Of a stretch of DNA of 45,065 bases, positions 43,492-45,065 are shown in pieces. Location of the stretch: NCBI GenBank assembly GCA_036517275.1, contig DATDXD010000009.1:1-45065 (forward strand). Direction: 5' to 3'. The position numbers and the translations under genes were made by a program. The notes under the pieces are model-generated. The model saw nothing but the letters and a program-made list of their open reading frames with translations, had not been told where the DNA came from and did no database searches. Numbering within the stretch: position 1 is the first letter of the stretch; each line of letters begins with the position of its first letter. This stretch comes from Minisyncoccota bacterium. Lineage in GTDB: Bacteria; Patescibacteriota; Minisyncoccia; UBA11713; 2-01-FULL-45-33.

Positions 43492-43770
43492 ATGCTCCAA
43501 AATCTACTAGCCGCGATCACAAACCCGCTAAAAGCCGACGATATACCGGCACTTATTTTAAGTATTGCGGAGTTTGCTCGCAATATTGGCCTCCCTATTG
43601 CTATAATATTCATAGTCTATAACGGCTTTTTGTTTGTATCCGCCAGAGGAGACGAAAAAAAGCTTGAAACGGCAAAAGCGGGCATCAAATGGTCTTTAAT
43701 AGGCGCCGCGCTTATTGTGGGAGCCAGCTTTTTGGCAGAAGCGGTTGTTAACTTTGTAAAAGAATTTTGA
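43492..43770 (+). CDS. VirB2/TrbC-like mini-pilin paralog
   Basis: 92 aa with TM1 (LPIAIIFIVYNGFLFV), loop SARGDEKKLETAKAG, and TM2 (LIGAALIVGASFLAEAV). TGATATAAT ends 6 nt before the ATG. Confidence 0.6.
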   Translation: MLQNLLAAITNPLKADDIPALILSIAEFARNIGLPIAIIFIVYNGFLFVSARGDEKKLETAKAGIKWSLIGAALIVGASFLAEAVVNFVKEF

Positions 43771-43793
43771 TATAATAGAAAGGTCGAATTAAG

Positions 43794-43821
43794 TATTTAG
43801 TAATTAGTAGTTAGTATTTAG
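43794..43821 (+). repeat. Four tandem heptamers TANTTAG in the 5' leader of the third pilin gene
   Basis: TATTTAG TAATTAG TAGTTAG TATTTAG at 43794-43821, between the TGATATAAT -10 element (43768-43776) and the ATG at 43826. Confidence 0.85.
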
Positions 43822-43825
43822 AACA

Positions 43826-44164
43826 ATGAATAAAAATTTATTAAAAATAGCCGTAAGCGCAGGGGCAATTTTGCCGCTTTTTGCGTTCGCGGCGGATGTA
43901 TTCACTGTATTAGACACAGTTGAAGACGTTATCGCGCGCATAATCCCGATTATAATGGCAGTTGCCACAATCATATTTTTGTGGGGAATTGTTATGTATA
44001 TCACAGCGGCGGGAGACGAAAAGAAGGCGGCAACGGCAAAATCATACATTACATCCGGTCTCATTGGCCTATTCTTCATGGTCGCGATTTGGGGAATAGT
44101 TAAGGCATTGGTTGCCACATTCGGCGTAGGCGGAGAGGGTATCCCAGTAGGACCCGGAAGATAA
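43826..44164 (+). CDS. VirB2/TrbC-like mini-pilin paralog with signal peptide
   Basis: 112 aa. Signal ends ...LFAFA/AD. Core IIFLWGIVMYITAAGDEKKAATAKSYITSGLIGLFFMVAIWGIV. C-terminal tail GIPVGPG. Confidence 0.6.
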   Translation: MNKNLLKIAVSAGAILPLFAFAADVFTVLDTVEDVIARIIPIIMAVATIIFLWGIVMYITAAGDEKKAATAKSYITSGLIGLFFMVAIWGIVKALVATFGVGGEGIPVGPGR

Positions 44165-44200
44165 GTTGCGCGATAAATAAAAACAAGCTAACATTTATTT

Positions 44201-44572
44201 ATGAAAAAACCATTGGCTATTTTAACTGTTTGGATGTTGCCTATTTTAGTATTTGCGCAAACAACTGGCAAACTAAGCGGAACAGCCGTTGGTAATTGGC
44301 TTGATATTATATTTGATATTGTAGGATTTGCCTCTTATCTTTTGATGGGAATAGCAACGGCAGTATTTTTGTGGGGAATGGTTAAATATATAATGGCTGG
44401 AGCGGATGAAAAAGCCAAAGAAGCGTCAAAGGGCTATATAAAAGCTGGAATAATCGGTTTGTTTTTATCTCTTGCGGTTTGGGGAATAGTATACGCAATA
44501 GCTAGAACATTTGATGTGGCAGATAGCGGAATACCGTTTGGTCCTGGGAACTTAGATCCGAGAAAACAATAA
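44201..44572 (+). CDS. VirB2/TrbC-like mini-pilin paralog with signal peptide
   Basis: 123 aa. Signal ends ...LVFA/QT. Core AVFLWGMVKYIMAGADEKAKEASKGYIKAGIIGLFLSLAVWGIV. C-terminal tail GIPFGPG. Promoter-like TTGCGC, 17 nt, TAACAT, then 6 nt to the ATG. Confidence 0.6.
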   Translation: MKKPLAILTVWMLPILVFAQTTGKLSGTAVGNWLDIIFDIVGFASYLLMGIATAVFLWGMVKYIMAGADEKAKEASKGYIKAGIIGLFLSLAVWGIVYAIARTFDVADSGIPFGPGNLDPRKQ

Positions 44573-44601
44573 TAAAAACAAAATAAAATAGATAATCAAA
44601 T

Positions 44602-44639
44602 CCCCGCCTCCTTCTTCTGAAGGGGCGGGGTTTGGTTTT
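44602..44639. terminator. Bidirectional intrinsic terminator after the pilin array
   Basis: CCCCGCC(T)CCTTC-TTCT-GAAGGGGCGGGG followed by TTTGGTTTT. T-rich on the opposite strand as well. Confidence 0.75.
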
Positions 44640-44648
44640 GGGAAAAAG

Positions 44649-45065
44649 TTACTTTGGAAAGTAGACTAATTTCCCCTTTCTTTCTTCTTCTTTTATCTTG
44701 TCTGCCGCACTTGTGGCAGCGCTTTCAACTGCTTTCCGAAAATTCCGATTTTCACCAACGCCAACCGCCATCTCAAGATCTCCTTGAGATAACGTGACGT
44801 AGACGACAGATTCCGGATCAGAATAGCACTGCCGACGATACCCGTCGTAATTTGGGCACCGTAAACGGTCTCGAAGGAAAAACTTTATCTCAACGGTAAG
44901 TGTTCCTTCGACATTTTGCCTGGTGACCTTAAATCCTTTGTCACCCAGCACCCGAGACACTTCCTGCCGCGCCAGACTGGCTTTCTCCGCAGTCTGGTCT
45001 TGCGACAAAACTGTCGAATCGGCAGAACCTCGATCGCCTCGCTGGCTACCAAACAGTCCATTGAA
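44649..45065 (-). CDS. Hypothetical protein, 5'-partial (the frame stays open to the window edge)
   Basis: The reading frame is open from 45065 down to the stop at 44649. The track Met is a TTG, and upstream codons (FNGLFGSQRGDRGSADSTV) have no stop. The region is markedly more GC-rich than its neighbours. No family recognised. Confidence 0.45.
   Translation of the reverse strand, partial: FNGLFGSQRGDRGSADSTVLSQDQTAEKASLARQEVSRVLGDKGFKVTRQNVEGTLTVEIKFFLRDRLRCPNYDGYRRQCYSDPESVVYVTLSQGDLEMAVGVGENRNFRKAVESAATSAADKIKEEERKGKLVYFPK

Noticed and set aside
577-44118. Numerous 60-150-aa track ORFs lying inside or antisense to long conserved genes. Examples: 577-861, 692-895, 1155-1454, 2981-3244, 4497-4901, the 12298-13446 series, 13524-13946, 26791-27201, 28385-28813, 29121-29564, 34647-35787 series, 36051-36515, 39282-39878, 41767-42222, 43804-44118.
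   Set aside because: They overlap genes with clear family motifs on the other strand or frame. They have low-complexity or Ser/Phe/Lys-rich compositions typical of shadow ORFs in AT-rich DNA. They lack promoter or SD signals.

Overview
AT-rich, very gene-dense bacterial chromosomal segment: about 45 protein genes, 2 tRNAs and an RNase P RNA. I saw no rRNA, CRISPR array, transposase or integrase. Most genes are housekeeping: DEAD-box helicase, UvrD-type helicase-nuclease fusion, FtsE/FtsX, LepA, MurJ, a Wzy-like/TPR membrane protein, class II ribonucleotide reductase, FtsZ/FtsA, YbeY, YqeY, S21, HIT, HisS, Pth, a short Mfd, an S1-domain protein, GyrA, two signal peptidases I, and CPBP and M50 membrane proteases. 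RF2 carries the classical CTT TGA C +1 frameshift, so UGA is a stop codon here. The compact genes, the TPR-fused Wzy-like protein, the membrane-anchored orphan solute-binding protein and the array of VirB2/TrbC-like mini-pilins resemble Patescibacteria/CPR; this is inference only, with no search run. Main items worth a second look: (1) At 18.4-23.4 kb, a three-gene module of exported proteins sits between rnpB and nrdJ. It includes a 994-aa protein that reads as signal peptide + HExxH/EGGAE metallopeptidase + PD40 propeller + C-terminal Omp85-type beta-barrel ending in Phe. That is an outer-membrane architecture in an otherwise monoderm-looking context. (2) At 42.6-44.6 kb, four tandem VirB2/TrbC-like pilin paralogs have no secretion ATPase in the window. 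The first is fused to a Cys-rich domain with an LAS/M15-like zinc-peptidase motif and is translationally coupled to the orphan SBP. (3) Many genes have a -10 box (often TGn-extended) 6-9 nt upstream of the ATG and no Shine-Dalgarno, which suggests leaderless mRNAs; one divergent promoter pair appears to share a palindromic -35. (4) Smaller items: a heptanucleotide repeat plus A9T5 tract inside mfd, a RelE/ParE-type toxin-antitoxin pair, a heptamer repeat in a pilin 5' leader, and a GC-rich partial gene at the right edge. All coordinates and motifs were read by eye. No homology searches or statistics were run.
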